Source of the DNA: Thalassobaculaceae bacterium
GTDB taxonomy: Bacteria > Pseudomonadota > Alphaproteobacteria > Thalassobaculales > Thalassobaculaceae
NCBI GenBank assembly: GCA_965228875.1
Contig: OZ245843.1
Coordinates: forward strand, 3,702,616 to 3,766,615
Direction: 5' to 3'
Length of the DNA: 64,000 nt
Shown here: one piece after another, positions 10,642 through 25,580 of the stretch
Layout of the letters: every line of letters starts with the position of its first letter
Position numbering within the stretch: position 1 is the stretch's first letter
The notes under the pieces: generated by a model
What the model was told of the DNA's origin: nothing
The model's input: the letters and a program-made list of their open reading frames with translations, nothing else
Database searches by the model: none
Program-made: the position numbers and the translations under genes

Positions 10642-10762
10642 CGATATTCGCCAGGACGGCCATCGATGGCGTCGGTCGGCGTGGCTCCAAACCCTTGCCG
10701 CACCGCCGCCGCTGTGGCACATCCCGGCGCGTTCCGCTTCGCAGCGTTGGGAGAGTTCCGCA

Positions 10763-11956
10763 ATGGCCGACTACCGTACCCTCGACGGCCTCGACGTCGC
10801 CGGCAAGCGCGTGCTGCTGCGGGTCGACCTCAACGTCCCGATGAAGGACGGCGCGGTGACCGACGCCACGCGGATCGAGCGCGCCGCGCCGACCGTCGCC
10901 GAGCTGGCACAGAAGGGTGCCAGGGTCGTCGTGCTCTCCCATTACGGACGACCCAAGGGGAAGCCGAACCCGGAGATGTCGCTGCGGCCGATCGTGGCGC
11001 CGCTGGCCGAGGCGGTCGGCCGTCCGGTCGCCTTCGCCGAGGACTGCGTCGGCACCGCCGCCGAGGGCGCGGTCGCCGCACTCGGGGACGGCGAGGTGGT
11101 GCTGCTGGAGAACCTGCGCTTCCACGCCGGCGAGGAGGCCAACGACCCGGACTTCGTCGCCGGCCTCGTCGGACTCGGCGACCTCTACGTCAACGACGCC
11201 TTCTCCGCCGCCCACCGGGCCCATGGCTCGATCGACGGCGTGGCGCGCGCGCTGCCGGCCTTCGCCGGGCGGCTGATGCAGGCCGAGCTTGAGGCGCTGA
11301 CCCGGGCGCTGGAGCGCCCCGAGCGCCCGGTCGCCGCCGTGGTCGGCGGGGCCAAGGTCTCGACCAAGCTCGACCTTCTCGGGAACCTGGTCTCGCGGGT
11401 CGACGTGCTGGCCATCGGCGGCGGCATGGCGAACACCTTCCTGCACGCCGGCGGGGTGGAGATCGGCCGGTCCCTGGCGGAGCGCGACCTGGCCGCCACC
11501 GCCCTGGAGATCCAGGCCAAGGCCGACGCGGCGGGCTGCGACATCCTGCTCGCGACCGACGCCGTGGTCGCCGCCACCCTGGCCGAGGGGGTCGCCGTCG
11601 AGACCGTCGACATCCTCGAGGTGCCGGAGGATCGGATGATCCTCGATGTCGGACCGAAGACCGTCGCGGCGATCGCCAAGCGTCTGGAGAGCTGCAAGAC
11701 GCTGGTCTGGAACGGCCCGGTCGGCGCCTTCGAGACGGTGCCGTTCGACGCCGGAACCAACGCCCTGGCCCGGGCGGCGGCCGACCTGACCGACCGTGGC
11801 CAGATCCTGTCGGTCGCCGGCGGCGGCGACACGGTGGCGGCACTGGCCCATGCCGGGGTGGCCGACCGGTTCTCCTATGTCTCCACGGCCGGCGGCGCCT
11901 TCCTGGAATGGATGGAAGGCAAGGATCTGCCGGGCGTGGCAGTGCTCAAGCGCTGA
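10763..11956 (+). CDS. pgk: phosphoglycerate kinase
   Basis: [22 protein letters not shown] and STAGGAFLE motifs. Confidence 0.98.
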   Translation: MADYRTLDGLDVAGKRVLLRVDLNVPMKDGAVTDATRIERAAPTVAELAQKGARVVVLSHYGRPKGKPNPEMSLRPIVAPLAEAVGRPVAFAEDCVGTAAEGAVAALGDGEVVLLENLRFHAGEEANDPDFVAGLVGLGDLYVNDAFSAAHRAHGSIDGVARALPAFAGRLMQAELEALTRALERPERPVAAVVGGAKVSTKLDLLGNLVSRVDVLAIGGGMANTFLHAGGVEIGRSLAERDLAATALEIQAKADAAGCDILLATDAVVAATLAEGVAVETVDILEVPEDRMILDVGPKTVAAIAKRLESCKTLVWNGPVGAFETVPFDAGTNALARAAADLTDRGQILSVAGGGDTVAALAHAGVADRFSYVSTAGGAFLEWMEGKDLPGVAVLKR

Positions 11957-12083
11957 CGCGACGTATCGCCGCGCCGTCCATTCGGGTTTTTCCGCCGGTA
12001 ACGTTGCGTTTCGGTGACAGTTCGCCTATCCAGGCCGCGCCGGTCGCAAAGAGCCGGATTCTGGCGTTATCTGGAGAGGACTC

Positions 12084-13694
12084 GTGGGCAACAGCGCGAC
12101 GACTTCGACACGCATGGACCTGACCTCGCACGGCCTGACCAATCTCGGCACCCAGCACTGGGATCTCGGCCCCGCCCTTCTCACCGAACACGCGATCCGA
12201 CGCGGCGAGGCGCGGCTGTCGGCCCATGGCGCCCTGGTCGTCGACACCGGCGTCCACACCGGCCGCTCGCCGAAGGACCGGTTCATCGTCCACGACGCCA
12301 CGACCGAGAACACCGTCGACTGGGGATCGATCAACCAACCGATCGACCGCGCCGCCTTCGACGCCATGCACGCCCGGGTCCAGGCGTACTATCACGGCCG
12401 CGACGCCTACGTGCTGAACTGCTACGCCGGCGCCGATCCGACGCATCGCCTCAAGGTGCGGGTGGTGACCGAGAACGCCTGGCAGAACCTGTTCGCGCGC
12501 AACATGTTCATCCGGCCGCCAGCCGACGAACTGTCCGATTTCGAGCCTGACTTCACGATTCTGCACGCGCCTGAGCTGACCGCCCGCGGCGAAGCGGACG
12601 GCGTGCGCTCCTCGACCTTCATCCTGGTCGATTTCGAGCGGCGCATGATCCTGATCGGCGGCACCTCCTATGCCGGCGAGATCAAGAAGTCGATCTTCGG
12701 CGTGTTGAACTACCTGCTGCCGGACCGGGGCGTCATGCCGATGCACTGCTCGGCGAATATCGGCCCCAAGGGCGACAGCGCGATCTTCTTCGGCCTGTCG
12801 GGCACCGGCAAGACGACCCTGTCGGCCGACGGCAGCCGCACCCTGATCGGCGACGACGAGCATGGCTGGTCGGAGACCGGGATCTTCAATTTCGAGGGCG
12901 GCTGCTACGCCAAGGTCATCAAGCTGAGCCAGGAGGCGGAGCCGGAGATCTGGGCCGCCAGCCACCGCTTCGGCACCGTGCTCGAGAACGTGGTGATGGA
13001 TCCGGCGAGCCGGATGCTGGACCTGGACAGCGCGGCGCTGACCGAGAACACCCGGGCCTGCTATCCGATCGATTTCATCCCGAACACCTCGGCCACCGGC
13101 CTCGGCGACCATCCGCTCAACGTGGTGATGCTGACCGCCGACGCGTTCGGCGTGCTGCCGCCGATCTCGCGGCTGACGCCGGAGCAGGCGATGTACCACT
13201 TCCTGTCGGGCTACACCGCCCGCGTGGCCGGCACGGAGAAGGGCGTCACCGAGCCGCAGGCGACCTTCTCCACTTGCTTCGGCGCGCCGTTCATGCCGCG
13301 CCACCCGAGCGTCTATGGCGAGATGCTGCGCGAGCGCATCGCCCGCCACGGCGCCACCTGCTGGCTGGTCAACACCGGCTGGTCCGGCGGCCGCGCCGGC
13401 GCTGGCGGCGAGCGGATGAAGATCGCCTATACCCGGGCCATGGTCCGCGCCGCCCTGGACGGCACCCTCGGCGCCGCCCCGGTCGAGGAGGATGGACAGT
13501 TCGGCCTGCTGGTGCCGGAGGCCTGCCCGAACGTCCCGACCGAGGTCCTGCGCCCGCGCGGCGCGTGGAGCGACGGCGGCGCCTATGACAGCACGGCAGG
13601 CGAGCTGCGCGGCCGCTTCGAGGAGAACTTCAAGCCGTTCGAGGCCTTCGTCGACGACAGCGTCAAGGCCGCCGGCGTCCGCCGGGCGGCGTGA
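12084..13694 (+). CDS. pckA: phosphoenolpyruvate carboxykinase (ATP)
   Basis: TGRSPKD, GLSGTGKTTLS, LIGDDEHGW and NFEGGCYAK motifs; GGAGAGG RBS. Confidence 0.98.
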   Translation: MGNSATTSTRMDLTSHGLTNLGTQHWDLGPALLTEHAIRRGEARLSAHGALVVDTGVHTGRSPKDRFIVHDATTENTVDWGSINQPIDRAAFDAMHARVQAYYHGRDAYVLNCYAGADPTHRLKVRVVTENAWQNLFARNMFIRPPADELSDFEPDFTILHAPELTARGEADGVRSSTFILVDFERRMILIGGTSYAGEIKKSIFGVLNYLLPDRGVMPMHCSANIGPKGDSAIFFGLSGTGKTTLSADGSRTLIGDDEHGWSETGIFNFEGGCYAKVIKLSQEAEPEIWAASHRFGTVLENVVMDPASRMLDLDSAALTENTRACYPIDFIPNTSATGLGDHPLNVVMLTADAFGVLPPISRLTPEQAMYHFLSGYTARVAGTEKGVTEPQATFSTCFGAPFMPRHPSVYGEMLRERIARHGATCWLVNTGWSGGRAGAGGERMKIAYTRAMVRAALDGTLGAAPVEEDGQFGLLVPEACPNVPTEVLRPRGAWSDGGAYDSTAGELRGRFEENFKPFEAFVDDSVKAAGVRRAA

Positions 13695-13719
13695 CGCGGC
13701 GCGACGGGCCTGGTTCGAG

Positions 13720-14331
13720 TTACGGCTCGGCCGGGGACCCGCTGGCGACGACGACCCGGTCGATCAGGCCCCATTCCACCGCCTCTTCCGGTGTCATGAA
13801 CCGGTCGCGGTCGAGCGTACGCTCGACCTCCTCCTCGCTGCGTCCGCAGTGTTCGGCATAGAGCCGGATGACGCGTCGCTTGGTGCGTTGCATCTCCTCG
13901 GCATGGATCAGGATGTCGGAGGCCTGTCCCTGAAAGCCGCCGAGCGGCTGGTGAACGTGGAGGCTGGCATTGGGCAGCGCCGCGCGCTCGCCCGGCTCCC
14001 CCGCCATCAGCAGGAACGAGCCCATCGACCGAGCCGTGCCCATGCACAGGGTATGCACCGGCGCCTTGATGTAGCGCAGCGTGTCATACATGGCGAGACC
14101 GCTGGAGATCACGCCGCCAGGGGAGTTGATGTAGAGGCTGATCGGCTTGCGCGGGTTCTCCGCCTCCAGGAACAGCAGCTGCGCGCAGACCAGTGCGGAG
14201 ACCGTGTCGTTCACCTCGCCGTTCAGGAAAATGATCCGCTCCCGCAGAAGCCGGGAATAGATGTCGAAGGACCGTTCGCCGGCGCTCGACCGTTCGACGA
14301 CCATGGGGACGAGCTGCATCGCGTCACGCAT
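13720..14331 (-). CDS. clpP: ATP-dependent Clp protease proteolytic subunit (accessory paralogue)
   Basis: DIYSRLL and YINSPGG; catalytic triad in ARSMGS, HQP and DRD; GGAGGT RBS. Confidence 0.95.
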   Translation of the reverse strand: MRDAMQLVPMVVERSSAGERSFDIYSRLLRERIIFLNGEVNDTVSALVCAQLLFLEAENPRKPISLYINSPGGVISSGLAMYDTLRYIKAPVHTLCMGTARSMGSFLLMAGEPGERAALPNASLHVHQPLGGFQGQASDILIHAEEMQRTKRRVIRLYAEHCGRSEEEVERTLDRDRFMTPEEAVEWGLIDRVVVASGSPAEP

Positions 14332-14374
14332 CGGTGACCTCCGGGCTTTTGATTAGGTGCAGGAAATGCGGCTG

Positions 14375-14764
14375 TCAGGCGGCCAGCATGACCGTATGAC
14401 AATTGCTGTTTGCCGGTGTGACCGCCGACCGCGCCAGGCGCAGGTCCGTCAGGTCATGCACGATCACCAGCCGCGTCCCGCCGGCAGCGCCCGGTGAAAG
14501 GCGGAACGTGACGATGCTTTCCAGAAACGGGGGCGCTTCCTCGCGCATCCGGTAGCGGATTTCCTCGCCTGGAACCACGCGCAGCGGCTCCGCATCGGCC
14601 AGGTCCTTCGTCGGAAGCCATCGTCCCCGCAGTTCCGGGTCGCTGACGGCGCGCCAGACCGACTCCGACGACGCGTCGAACTCGCAGTCGAGGACCAGAA
14701 CCCGGGACGGGTCGGCCGCCCGGTGTTCGGTATCCTGCACTTCAGTCTCCGGCGAACTGTCCAT
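14375..14764 (-). CDS. SRPBCC/Aha1-like START-fold protein
   Basis: VWRAVSDPELRGRWLP...GTRLVIVH; TGATG coupling to the ArsR gene. Confidence 0.85.
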   Translation of the reverse strand: MDSSPETEVQDTEHRAADPSRVLVLDCEFDASSESVWRAVSDPELRGRWLPTKDLADAEPLRVVPGEEIRYRMREEAPPFLESIVTFRLSPGAAGGTRLVIVHDLTDLRLARSAVTPANSNCHTVMLAA

Positions 14765-15075
14765 CACTCCATGTCCTTCAGCAGTTCCGTCAGGGCGGTG
14801 ATTCGTTCCGGCCAATAGGCTCGATAGCGCGCCAGCCAGCCGGCGATGAGGGCGACACCTTGCGGGTCGACCTCATAGAGAACGGCCCGGCCCTGGCGCT
14901 CCTCGCGCACCAGTCCGGCGCCGCGCAGAACCGAGAGATGCTGGGAAACGGCAGGCTGGCTCACCGCCAGGCCCTGCCGCAGCGCGGTGGCGTTCATGCG
15001 GCCCGCCGCGAGCTTCTCGAAGATCGCCCGGCGCGTCGGGTCGGCCAGGGCTTTGAAGATCTCGTTCTCGATCAT
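14764..15075 (-). CDS. ArsR/SmtB family transcriptional regulator
   Basis: FKALADPTRRAI...SQPAVSQHLSVLRGAGLV...QGR; ATG at 15075. Confidence 0.93.
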   Translation of the reverse strand: MIENEIFKALADPTRRAIFEKLAAGRMNATALRQGLAVSQPAVSQHLSVLRGAGLVREERQGRAVLYEVDPQGVALIAGWLARYRAYWPERITALTELLKDME

Positions 15076-16335
<1,260 letters not shown>

Positions 16336-16372
16336 CGGGTAAGCGCGCTCGCACCGAACGGAGCGGGGAACC

Positions 16373-17541
<1,169 letters not shown>

Positions 17542-17542
<1 letters not shown>

Positions 17543-18417
17543 TGGCCGTTCTCATCGACGAGACCACCAAGGTCATCTGCCAGGGCTTCACCGGCAGCCA
17601 GGGCACCTTCCACAGCGAGCAGGCGATCAAGTACGGCACCAAGATGGTCGGCGGTGTGACCCCCGGTAAGGGCGGTCAGAAGCACCTGGACCTGCCGGTG
17701 TTCGACACGGTCGAGGCCGCCGTCGAACAGACCGGGGCCAATGCCAGCGTGATCTACGTCCCGCCGCCGTTCGCCGCCGACTCCATTCTGGAGGCGATCG
17801 ACGCCGAGCTGCCGCTGGTGATCTGCATCACCGAAGGCATCCCGGTGATGGACATGATCAAGGTCAAGCGGGCGCTGACCGGCTCCAAGACCCGTCTGAT
17901 CGGCCCGAACTGCCCGGGCGTCATCACGCCGGACGCCTGCAAGATCGGCATCATGCCGGGTCACATCCACAAGCGCGGCAAGATCGGCATCGTCTCCAAG
18001 TCGGGCACGCTGACCTACGAGGCCGTGGCGCAGACCACGGCGGCCGGCCTCGGCCAGTCGACCTGTGTCGGCATCGGCGGCGACCCGGTCAACGGCACCA
18101 GCTTCATCGACGTGCTGGAGATGTTCCTGGCGGACGACGAGACCCAGGGCATCATCATGATCGGCGAGATCGGCGGGTCCGCCGAGGAAGAGGCGGCCGA
18201 GTTCCTGAAGTCGAACCCGGTCAAGAAGCCGGTTGCCGGTTTCATCGCCGGTGTGACCGCCCCTCCGGGCCGGCGCATGGGCCACGCGGGCGCCATCATC
18301 GCCGGCGGCAAGGGCGGTGCCGGCGACAAGATCGAGGCCATGCGGTCGGCCGGCATCAAGGTGTCGGACAGCCCCGCCGCCCTCGGGGAGACGATGGTCG
18401 CCGCAATGGGTGGCTGA
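17542..18417 (+). CDS. sucD: succinyl-CoA synthetase alpha subunit
   Basis: QGFTG, IGPNCPG and MGHAGA (phospho-His) motifs. Confidence 0.99.
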
Positions 18418-18640
18418 TCCGGATCGCGCGGGCGGGACTGGCCACGGCCCCGCCCGCGGACCACTTGTTGGTGATCCACCCGGTCTTGATCCATCGTCGG
18501 GATCGGGGGACCATGGCATGCACACCGATTGTTAACGACTTTTTCGGTGTAGTGGCAGGACGGAGCCGGGCAGGACCGGCGGGTGGGGCCGCCGGCGCGG
18601 GTGGACGGCTCCACGGCGAGCGCAGAGGCGGTGAACGCAA

Positions 18641-21541
18641 ATGTCCATGGACTATCAGGACTACACCTTCCTGAACGGTGCCAACGCGCCGTTCATGGCG
18701 GAACTATTCGCGCGGTACCTGGACAATCCGACATCGGTCGACGACAGCTGGCGCGAGTATTTCGACGCCCTGCACGACGATGCCAGCGCCGCGACGACCG
18801 ATGTGAGAGGGCCCAGTTTCGCCGCCCGGACCACGAAGATCATCGGCGCCGTCGACCCCGATGCCGCGCCGGCGAAACCGAAGACATCGCCCGGCGCGAG
18901 CGCCCTGTCCGGCGAGGACGTCCGCGCCGCGACGCTCGATTCGCTCCGCGCGATCATGCTGATCCGCGCCTACCGGATCCGCGGCCACCTCAAGGCCAAG
19001 CTCGATCCGCTCGGCCTGCAGGCGCCGACGCCGCACCCCGAGCTGGAGCCGGAGACCTACGGCTTCACCGACGCGGACTGGGATCGCCCGATCTTCATCA
19101 ATCACGTCCTCGGCCTCGAGACCGCGACCCTGCGCGAGATCATGGAACTGCTGGAGGCCACGTACTGCGGCTCCATCGGCGTCGAGTTCATGCACATCCA
19201 GGATCCGGCGCAGAAGGCCTGGATCCAGGAGCGGATCGAGCAGATCCGCAACCAGACCGACTTCACCCCGCTCGGCAAGCGCACGATCCTGGAGCGCCTG
19301 ACCGCAGCCGAGAGCTTCGAGAAGTTCCTGGCCGTGAAGTATGTCGGCACCAAGCGCTTCGGCCTCGACGGCGGCGAGACCCTGATCCCGGCGCTCGAGC
19401 AGATCATCAAGCGCGGCAGCCAGCTCGGTCTCGAGGAGGTGGTGCTCGGCATGCCGCACCGCGGCCGCCTGAGCGTGCTCTGTAACTTCATGAGCAAGCC
19501 GTTCCGCGCCATCATCTCCGAGTTCCTCGGCAACCCGGCCAACCCGGAGGACGCCGGCGGTTCGGGCGACGTGAAGTACCACATGGGTGTCTCCGCCGAC
19601 CGCGAGTTCGACGGCGCCAACGTGCACCTGACGCTGAACGCCAACCCGTCGCACCTGGAGATCGTCAATCCGGTGGTCCTGGGCCGCGTGCGCGCCAAGC
19701 AGCGACAGCGCGGCGACAGCGACCACAAGAAGGTCATGGGCATCCTGCTGCATGGCGACGCCGCCTTCGCCGGCCAGGGCGTCGTGGCCGAGACCTTCGA
19801 TTTCTCCGGCCTGCGCGGCTACAAGACCGGCGGCACGATCCACATCGTCGTGAACAACCAGATCGGCTTCACCACCAGCCCGCACTACTCGCGCTCGTCG
19901 CCCTATCCGACGGACGTGGCGAAGATGGTCATGGCGCCGATCTTCCACGTGAACGGCGACGACCCGGAAGCGACGGTCCACGTGTCCCGCATCGCCGCCG
20001 AGTTCCGCCAGGAATTCAACACCGATGTCGTGATCGACATGATCTGCTACCGCCGGTTTGGCCACAACGAGGGCGACGAGCCGCGGTTCACCCAGCCGCT
20101 GATGTACGACAAGATCGGCGGCCACAAGTCGACCCGCGAACTCTACGCCGACCAGCTTGTCAGCGACGGCACCCTGAGCCGCGAGGAGGCGGACAAGATC
20201 CTCGCCGACGAGAACGCCTATCTCGCCGAGGAGTTCGAGGCCGGCCTGTCCTACAAGCCGAACAAGGCCGACTGGCTCGAGGGCAAGTGGTCGGGCCTCA
20301 AGGTGGCGTCGGGCGACGCGCGGCGTGGCAGCACCGGCGTCGACCTGGACGAGCTGCGCAAGATCGGCCTCAAGCTCTGCGACGTGCCCGACACCTTTGC
20401 GCTCAACAGCAAGCTGAACCGCTTCATCAAAGCCCGGCGCAAGGCGATCGAGTCCGGCGAGGGCATCGATTGGTCGACCGGCGAGGCGCTCGCCTTCGGC
20501 ACGCTGCTCACCGACGGCTTCCTGGTCCGTCTGTCGGGCCAGGACAGTCAGCGCGGCACCTTCTCGCAGCGCCATTCCGTCTACATCGACCAGAAGACCG
20601 AGGAGCGCTACGTCCCGCTGAACAACATCCAGGAGGGGCAGGGCTTCTACGAGGTCATCGACAGTCCGCTGTCGGAGGCCGGCGTACTCGGCTTCGAGTA
20701 CGGCTTCAGCCAGGCCGAGCCGAACGCCCTGGTCTGCTGGGAGGCGCAGTTCGGCGATTTCGCCAATGGCGCCCAGGTGATCATGGATCAGTTCGTCTCC
20801 TCCGGCGAGGCGAAGTGGCTGCGCATGTCCGGCCTGGTGATGCTGCTGCCGCACGGCTACGAGGGACAGGGTCCGGAGCATTCCTCGGCCCGGATCGAGC
20901 GCTACCTGCAGCTCTGCGGCGAGGACAACATGCAGGTGGTGAACTGCACCACCCCGGCGAACTACTTCCACGTCCTGCGGCGCCAGCTGCAGCGCGATTT
21001 CCGCAAGCCGCTGATCATCTTCACTCCGAAATCGCTTCTGCGCCACAAGCTGGCGGTCTCGAAGCTCGAGGAGATGGGCAAGGACACGACCTTCCACCGG
21101 GTGCTCTACGACAACGAGCAGCTCTGCGACGACAAGGATGTCCGCCGCGTCGTGATCTGTTCGGGCAAGGTCTACTACGACCTGTTCGAGGAGCGGGCGA
21201 AGCGCGGCACCACCGACGTGTTCTTCCTGCGCCTGGAGCAGATGTACCCCTTCCCGCGCAAGGCGCTGCTGCAGGAGCTGTCGCGGTTCCCGCAGGCCGA
21301 GGTGGTGTGGTGCCAGGAGGAGCCGGCGAACATGGGTCCCTGGACCTTCGTCGACCGGCGTCTGGAGGATGTGCTGCTGGAGCTGGACGGCGCCTGCAAG
21401 CGCCCGCGCTACGTCGGCCGCCGCGAGGCCGCCTCGCCGGCCACTGGCAATGCCGGCCGCCATGCCCGCGAGCAGGCCGCCCTGGTCGACGAGGCGCTGA
21501 CCGTAGACGCGGCCGGCAAGGGCCGGATGGCCGCCGAGTAG
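18641..21541 (+). CDS. sucA: 2-oxoglutarate dehydrogenase E1
   Basis: GMPHRGRL, HGDAAFAGQG, WEAQFGDF and PHGYEGQGPEHSS motifs. Confidence 0.99.
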   Translation: MSMDYQDYTFLNGANAPFMAELFARYLDNPTSVDDSWREYFDALHDDASAATTDVRGPSFAARTTKIIGAVDPDAAPAKPKTSPGASALSGEDVRAATLDSLRAIMLIRAYRIRGHLKAKLDPLGLQAPTPHPELEPETYGFTDADWDRPIFINHVLGLETATLREIMELLEATYCGSIGVEFMHIQDPAQKAWIQERIEQIRNQTDFTPLGKRTILERLTAAESFEKFLAVKYVGTKRFGLDGGETLIPALEQIIKRGSQLGLEEVVLGMPHRGRLSVLCNFMSKPFRAIISEFLGNPANPEDAGGSGDVKYHMGVSADREFDGANVHLTLNANPSHLEIVNPVVLGRVRAKQRQRGDSDHKKVMGILLHGDAAFAGQGVVAETFDFSGLRGYKTGGTIHIVVNNQIGFTTSPHYSRSSPYPTDVAKMVMAPIFHVNGDDPEATVHVSRIAAEFRQEFNTDVVIDMICYRRFGHNEGDEPRFTQPLMYDKIGGHKSTRELYADQLVSDGTLSREEADKILADENAYLAEEFEAGLSYKPNKADWLEGKWSGLKVASGDARRGSTGVDLDELRKIGLKLCDVPDTFALNSKLNRFIKARRKAIESGEGIDWSTGEALAFGTLLTDGFLVRLSGQDSQRGTFSQRHSVYIDQKTEERYVPLNNIQEGQGFYEVIDSPLSEAGVLGFEYGFSQAEPNALVCWEAQFGDFANGAQVIMDQFVSSGEAKWLRMSGLVMLLPHGYEGQGPEHSSARIERYLQLCGEDNMQVVNCTTPANYFHVLRRQLQRDFRKPLIIFTPKSLLRHKLAVSKLEEMGKDTTFHRVLYDNEQLCDDKDVRRVVICSGKVYYDLFEERAKRGTTDVFFLRLEQMYPFPRKALLQELSRFPQAEVVWCQEEPANMGPWTFVDRRLEDVLLELDGACKRPRYVGRREAASPATGNAGRHAREQAALVDEALTVDAAGKGRMAAE

Positions 21542-21672
21542 AGCTGCGCCCGGGCGGGGCGTGAACGACACGGCGGCCGAACGGGCGCCGGAAGGCTGGA
21601 GAGTGAACGCAGATCGGCGGACCCCGGGCGGGTCCGCCGACGCATGACGGAAAGAAGAAGAGGACCTAGAGC

Positions 21673-22980
21673 ATGGCCACGGATATCACCGTTCCGGCAC
21701 TCGGAGAGTCCGTCTCCGAGGCGACGGTCGCGAAATGGATGAAGGCGGTCGGCGACGCCGTCACCGCCGACGAGCCGCTGGTCGAGCTCGAGACCGACAA
21801 GGTGACCCTCGAGGTCAACGCGCCGGCCGCCGGCGTGCTTCAGGAGATCGTCGCCGCAGACGGCGCGGAGGTCGAGGTCGGCGCGTTGCTCGGCGTGATC
21901 GACGAGACCGCCACCGCGGCCCCCAAGAAGGAGGCGGCGAAGGAAGACGCGGCGAAGGCCGAGGACGCCGCGCCGAAGGACGAGCCGAAGAAGGCGGAGG
22001 AACCGAAGAAGGCCGAGCCGCCCAAGTCCGCCGCGCCGACCCAGTCCGCGGCCGCCGGATCCTACGAGGTCAAGACCCTGTCGCCGGCGGTGCGCAAGCT
22101 GGTCGACGACAACGATCTCGATCCGTCCAAGATCAAGCCGACCGGCAAGGACGGCCGTCTGGTCAAGGAGGACGTCCAGAAGGCCATCGAGGCCGGCAAC
22201 GCCAAGCGCAGCTACAGCGCGGCCCCGGCAGCGGGCGCCGCCCCGGCCGCCGCCGGCCCGCTGCCGCCGCGCCCGGAGGATCCGCGCGAGGAGCGGGTGA
22301 AGATGACCCGCCTGCGCCAGGCCATCGCCCGGCGCCTGAAGGATGCGCAGAACACCGCCGCCATGCTGACCACCTTCAACGAGGTGGACATGACCAACGT
22401 CATGGCGCTGCGCAACGAGTACAAGGACGGCTTCGAGAAGAAGCACAAGGTCAAGCTCGGCTTCATGAGCTTCTTCGTGAAGGCCTGCATCGCCGCGCTC
22501 AAGGAGCTGCCGGCGGTCAACGCCGAGATCTACGGCGACGAGATCGTCTACAAGAACTTCTTCGATGTCGGCGTCGCCGTCGGCACCCCGTCGGGTCTAG
22601 TCGTGCCGATCCTGCGCGACGCCGATCAGCTCTCCTTCGCCGGCGTGGAAAAGGGCATCTACGACCTCGGCGTCAAGGCGCGCGACGGCAAGCTGTCCCT
22701 GGCCGAGATGCAGGGTGGCACCTTCACGATCTCGAACGGCGGCGTCTACGGCTCGCTGATGTCGACGCCGATCCTGAACCCGCCGCAGTCGGGCATCCTC
22801 GGCATGCACAAGATCCAGCCGCGTCCGATGGCCATCGGTAACTCGGTCGAGATCCGGCCGATGATGTACCTGGCGCTGAGCTACGACCACCGGATCGTCG
22901 ACGGCCGCGAGGCGGTGACCTTCCTGGTCAAGGTGAAGGAAGCCATCGAGGACCCGCGCCGCCTGCTGCTCGACATGTAA
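21673..22980 (+). CDS. sucB: dihydrolipoamide succinyltransferase E2
   Basis: ETDKV lipoyl site; SYDHRIVDG. Confidence 0.98.
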   Translation: MATDITVPALGESVSEATVAKWMKAVGDAVTADEPLVELETDKVTLEVNAPAAGVLQEIVAADGAEVEVGALLGVIDETATAAPKKEAAKEDAAKAEDAAPKDEPKKAEEPKKAEPPKSAAPTQSAAAGSYEVKTLSPAVRKLVDDNDLDPSKIKPTGKDGRLVKEDVQKAIEAGNAKRSYSAAPAAGAAPAAAGPLPPRPEDPREERVKMTRLRQAIARRLKDAQNTAAMLTTFNEVDMTNVMALRNEYKDGFEKKHKVKLGFMSFFVKACIAALKELPAVNAEIYGDEIVYKNFFDVGVAVGTPSGLVVPILRDADQLSFAGVEKGIYDLGVKARDGKLSLAEMQGGTFTISNGGVYGSLMSTPILNPPQSGILGMHKIQPRPMAIGNSVEIRPMMYLALSYDHRIVDGREAVTFLVKVKEAIEDPRRLLLDM

Positions 22981-23018
22981 GCCACAGCCACCGCCTCGGT
23001 TATCCTTGGGGAGTTCCC

Positions 23019-24425
23019 ATGTCTGACAAGTACGATCTCGTGGTCATCGGCAGCGGGCCGGGCGGCTATGTCGCCGCCATCCGCGCCGCCCAGCTCGGCA
23101 TGAAGGTCGCCTGCGTCGAGAAATGGCCGTCGCTCGGCGGCACCTGCCTCAACATCGGCTGCATTCCGTCCAAGGCGCTTCTGAGCGCGTCGGAGAAGTT
23201 CGAGGAAGCGGGCCATTCCTTCGCCGATCTTGGGATCGAGATCCCGGCGCCGAAGCTGAACATCAAGAAGATGATGGCCAAGAAGGACGAGGTGGTCAAA
23301 GGCCTCACCGACGGCGTCGCCTTCCTGTTCAAGAAGAACAAGATCGACTGGCTCCAGGGCACCGGCAAGATCCTCGCCCCCGGCAAGGTCGAGGTGACCC
23401 CCGCCGAGGGCAAGACGCAGACCGTCGAGTGCGACCGGATCCTGATCGCCACCGGGTCGGAATCGACCCCGCTGCCGGGCGTGGAGGTGGACGAGAAGCA
23501 GATCGTCACCTCGACCGGCGCGCTTGAGCTGTCCAAGGTGCCGAAGCACCTGATCGTCATCGGCGGCGGCGTGATCGGACTTGAGATGGGCTCGGTCTGG
23601 CTGCGCCTCGGCGCCAAGGTCACGGTCGTCGAGTTCCTCGACCGAATCTGTCCGACCATGGACTTCGACACCACAAAGCGCTTCAAGCGGATCCTCGAGA
23701 AGCAGGGCATGGAGTTCAAGCTCTCGACCAAGGTCACCGGGGCGAAGACCACCAAGACCCAGGTCACCCTCAGCCTGGAGCCGGCCGCCGGCGGCGAGAC
23801 CGAAGAGCTGAAGGGCGACGTGGTGCTGGTGTCGATCGGCCGCCGCCCCTATGTCGACGGGCTCGGTCTCGACGAGCTCGGTGTGGCGCGCGACAAGCGC
23901 GGCTTCATCGAGGTCGACGAGGATTTCCAGACCAATGTCGAGGGCATCTTCGCCATCGGCGACGCGATTCCGGGTCCGATGCTGGCCCACAAGGCCGAGG
24001 AGGACGGCGTCGCCGCGGCCGAGATCATGGCCGGCCAGTCCGCCCATGTCGATTACAACCTGGTCCCCGGCATCGTCTACACTTGGCCGGAAGTCGCCTC
24101 GGTCGGCCAGACCGAGGAGCAGCTCAAGGAAGCCGGCATCAAGTACCGCAAGGGAACCTTCCCGTTCTCTGCGAACGGCCGGGCCAAGGCCGCCGCCTTC
24201 ACCGACGGCCAGGTCAAGATTCTGGCGGATGCGGAGACCGACCGAGTGCTCGGCGCCCATATCATCGGGCCGGAAGCCGGCAATCTGATCCACGAAATCT
24301 GCGCGGTGATGGAGTTCGGCGGCTCGGCCGAGGACGTGGCCCGCACCTGCCACGGCCATCCGACGCTCAGCGAAGCGGTCAAGGAAGCGGCCCTGGCGGT
24401 CGACGGCCGGCCGATCCACATCTGA
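23019..24425 (+). CDS. lpdA: dihydrolipoamide dehydrogenase E3
   Basis: GGTCLNIGCIPSK; HPTLSE. Confidence 0.98.
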   Translation: MSDKYDLVVIGSGPGGYVAAIRAAQLGMKVACVEKWPSLGGTCLNIGCIPSKALLSASEKFEEAGHSFADLGIEIPAPKLNIKKMMAKKDEVVKGLTDGVAFLFKKNKIDWLQGTGKILAPGKVEVTPAEGKTQTVECDRILIATGSESTPLPGVEVDEKQIVTSTGALELSKVPKHLIVIGGGVIGLEMGSVWLRLGAKVTVVEFLDRICPTMDFDTTKRFKRILEKQGMEFKLSTKVTGAKTTKTQVTLSLEPAAGGETEELKGDVVLVSIGRRPYVDGLGLDELGVARDKRGFIEVDEDFQTNVEGIFAIGDAIPGPMLAHKAEEDGVAAAEIMAGQSAHVDYNLVPGIVYTWPEVASVGQTEEQLKEAGIKYRKGTFPFSANGRAKAAAFTDGQVKILADAETDRVLGAHIIGPEAGNLIHEICAVMEFGGSAEDVARTCHGHPTLSEAVKEAALAVDGRPIHI

Positions 24426-24442
24426 GGCCGGATCTGCGGATC

Positions 24443-24477
24443 AAGGGGGCGCCGGCGCGGGTCGGCGCCCTTTTTCT
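24443..24477 (+). terminator. rho-independent terminator after lpdA
   Basis: GGGCGCCGGC-gcgg-GTCGGCGCCC stem followed by a T run. Confidence 0.8.
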
Positions 24478-24497
24478 ATCTTCCTCTCCCGCTCGTA

Positions 24498-24600
24498 CAC
24501 TCCCCGGGTTTGTTCCAGGGTCCACCCATCCACGCGCTGGACCCCTACCGGTAGGGATCGTGCGATCCCAAGCGTAGGTCCCGGACAAATCCGGAAAGTG
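24498..24600. repeat. REP/RIME-like palindromic element (copy B)
   Basis: Starts CACTCCCCGGGTTTGTTCCAGGGTCCAC and ends CCGGAAAGTG; 5' arm matches copy D at 23/28 nt. Confidence 0.65.
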
Positions 24601-24623
24601 GATTTGGTGGGGTACCGAATGGG

Positions 24624-25558
<935 letters not shown>

Positions 25559-25580
<22 letters not shown>

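Noticed and set aside
11997..12009. GGTAACGTTGC near-palindrome upstream of pckA as a LacI-type operator
   Set aside because: Too short and imperfect to call without comparative data.
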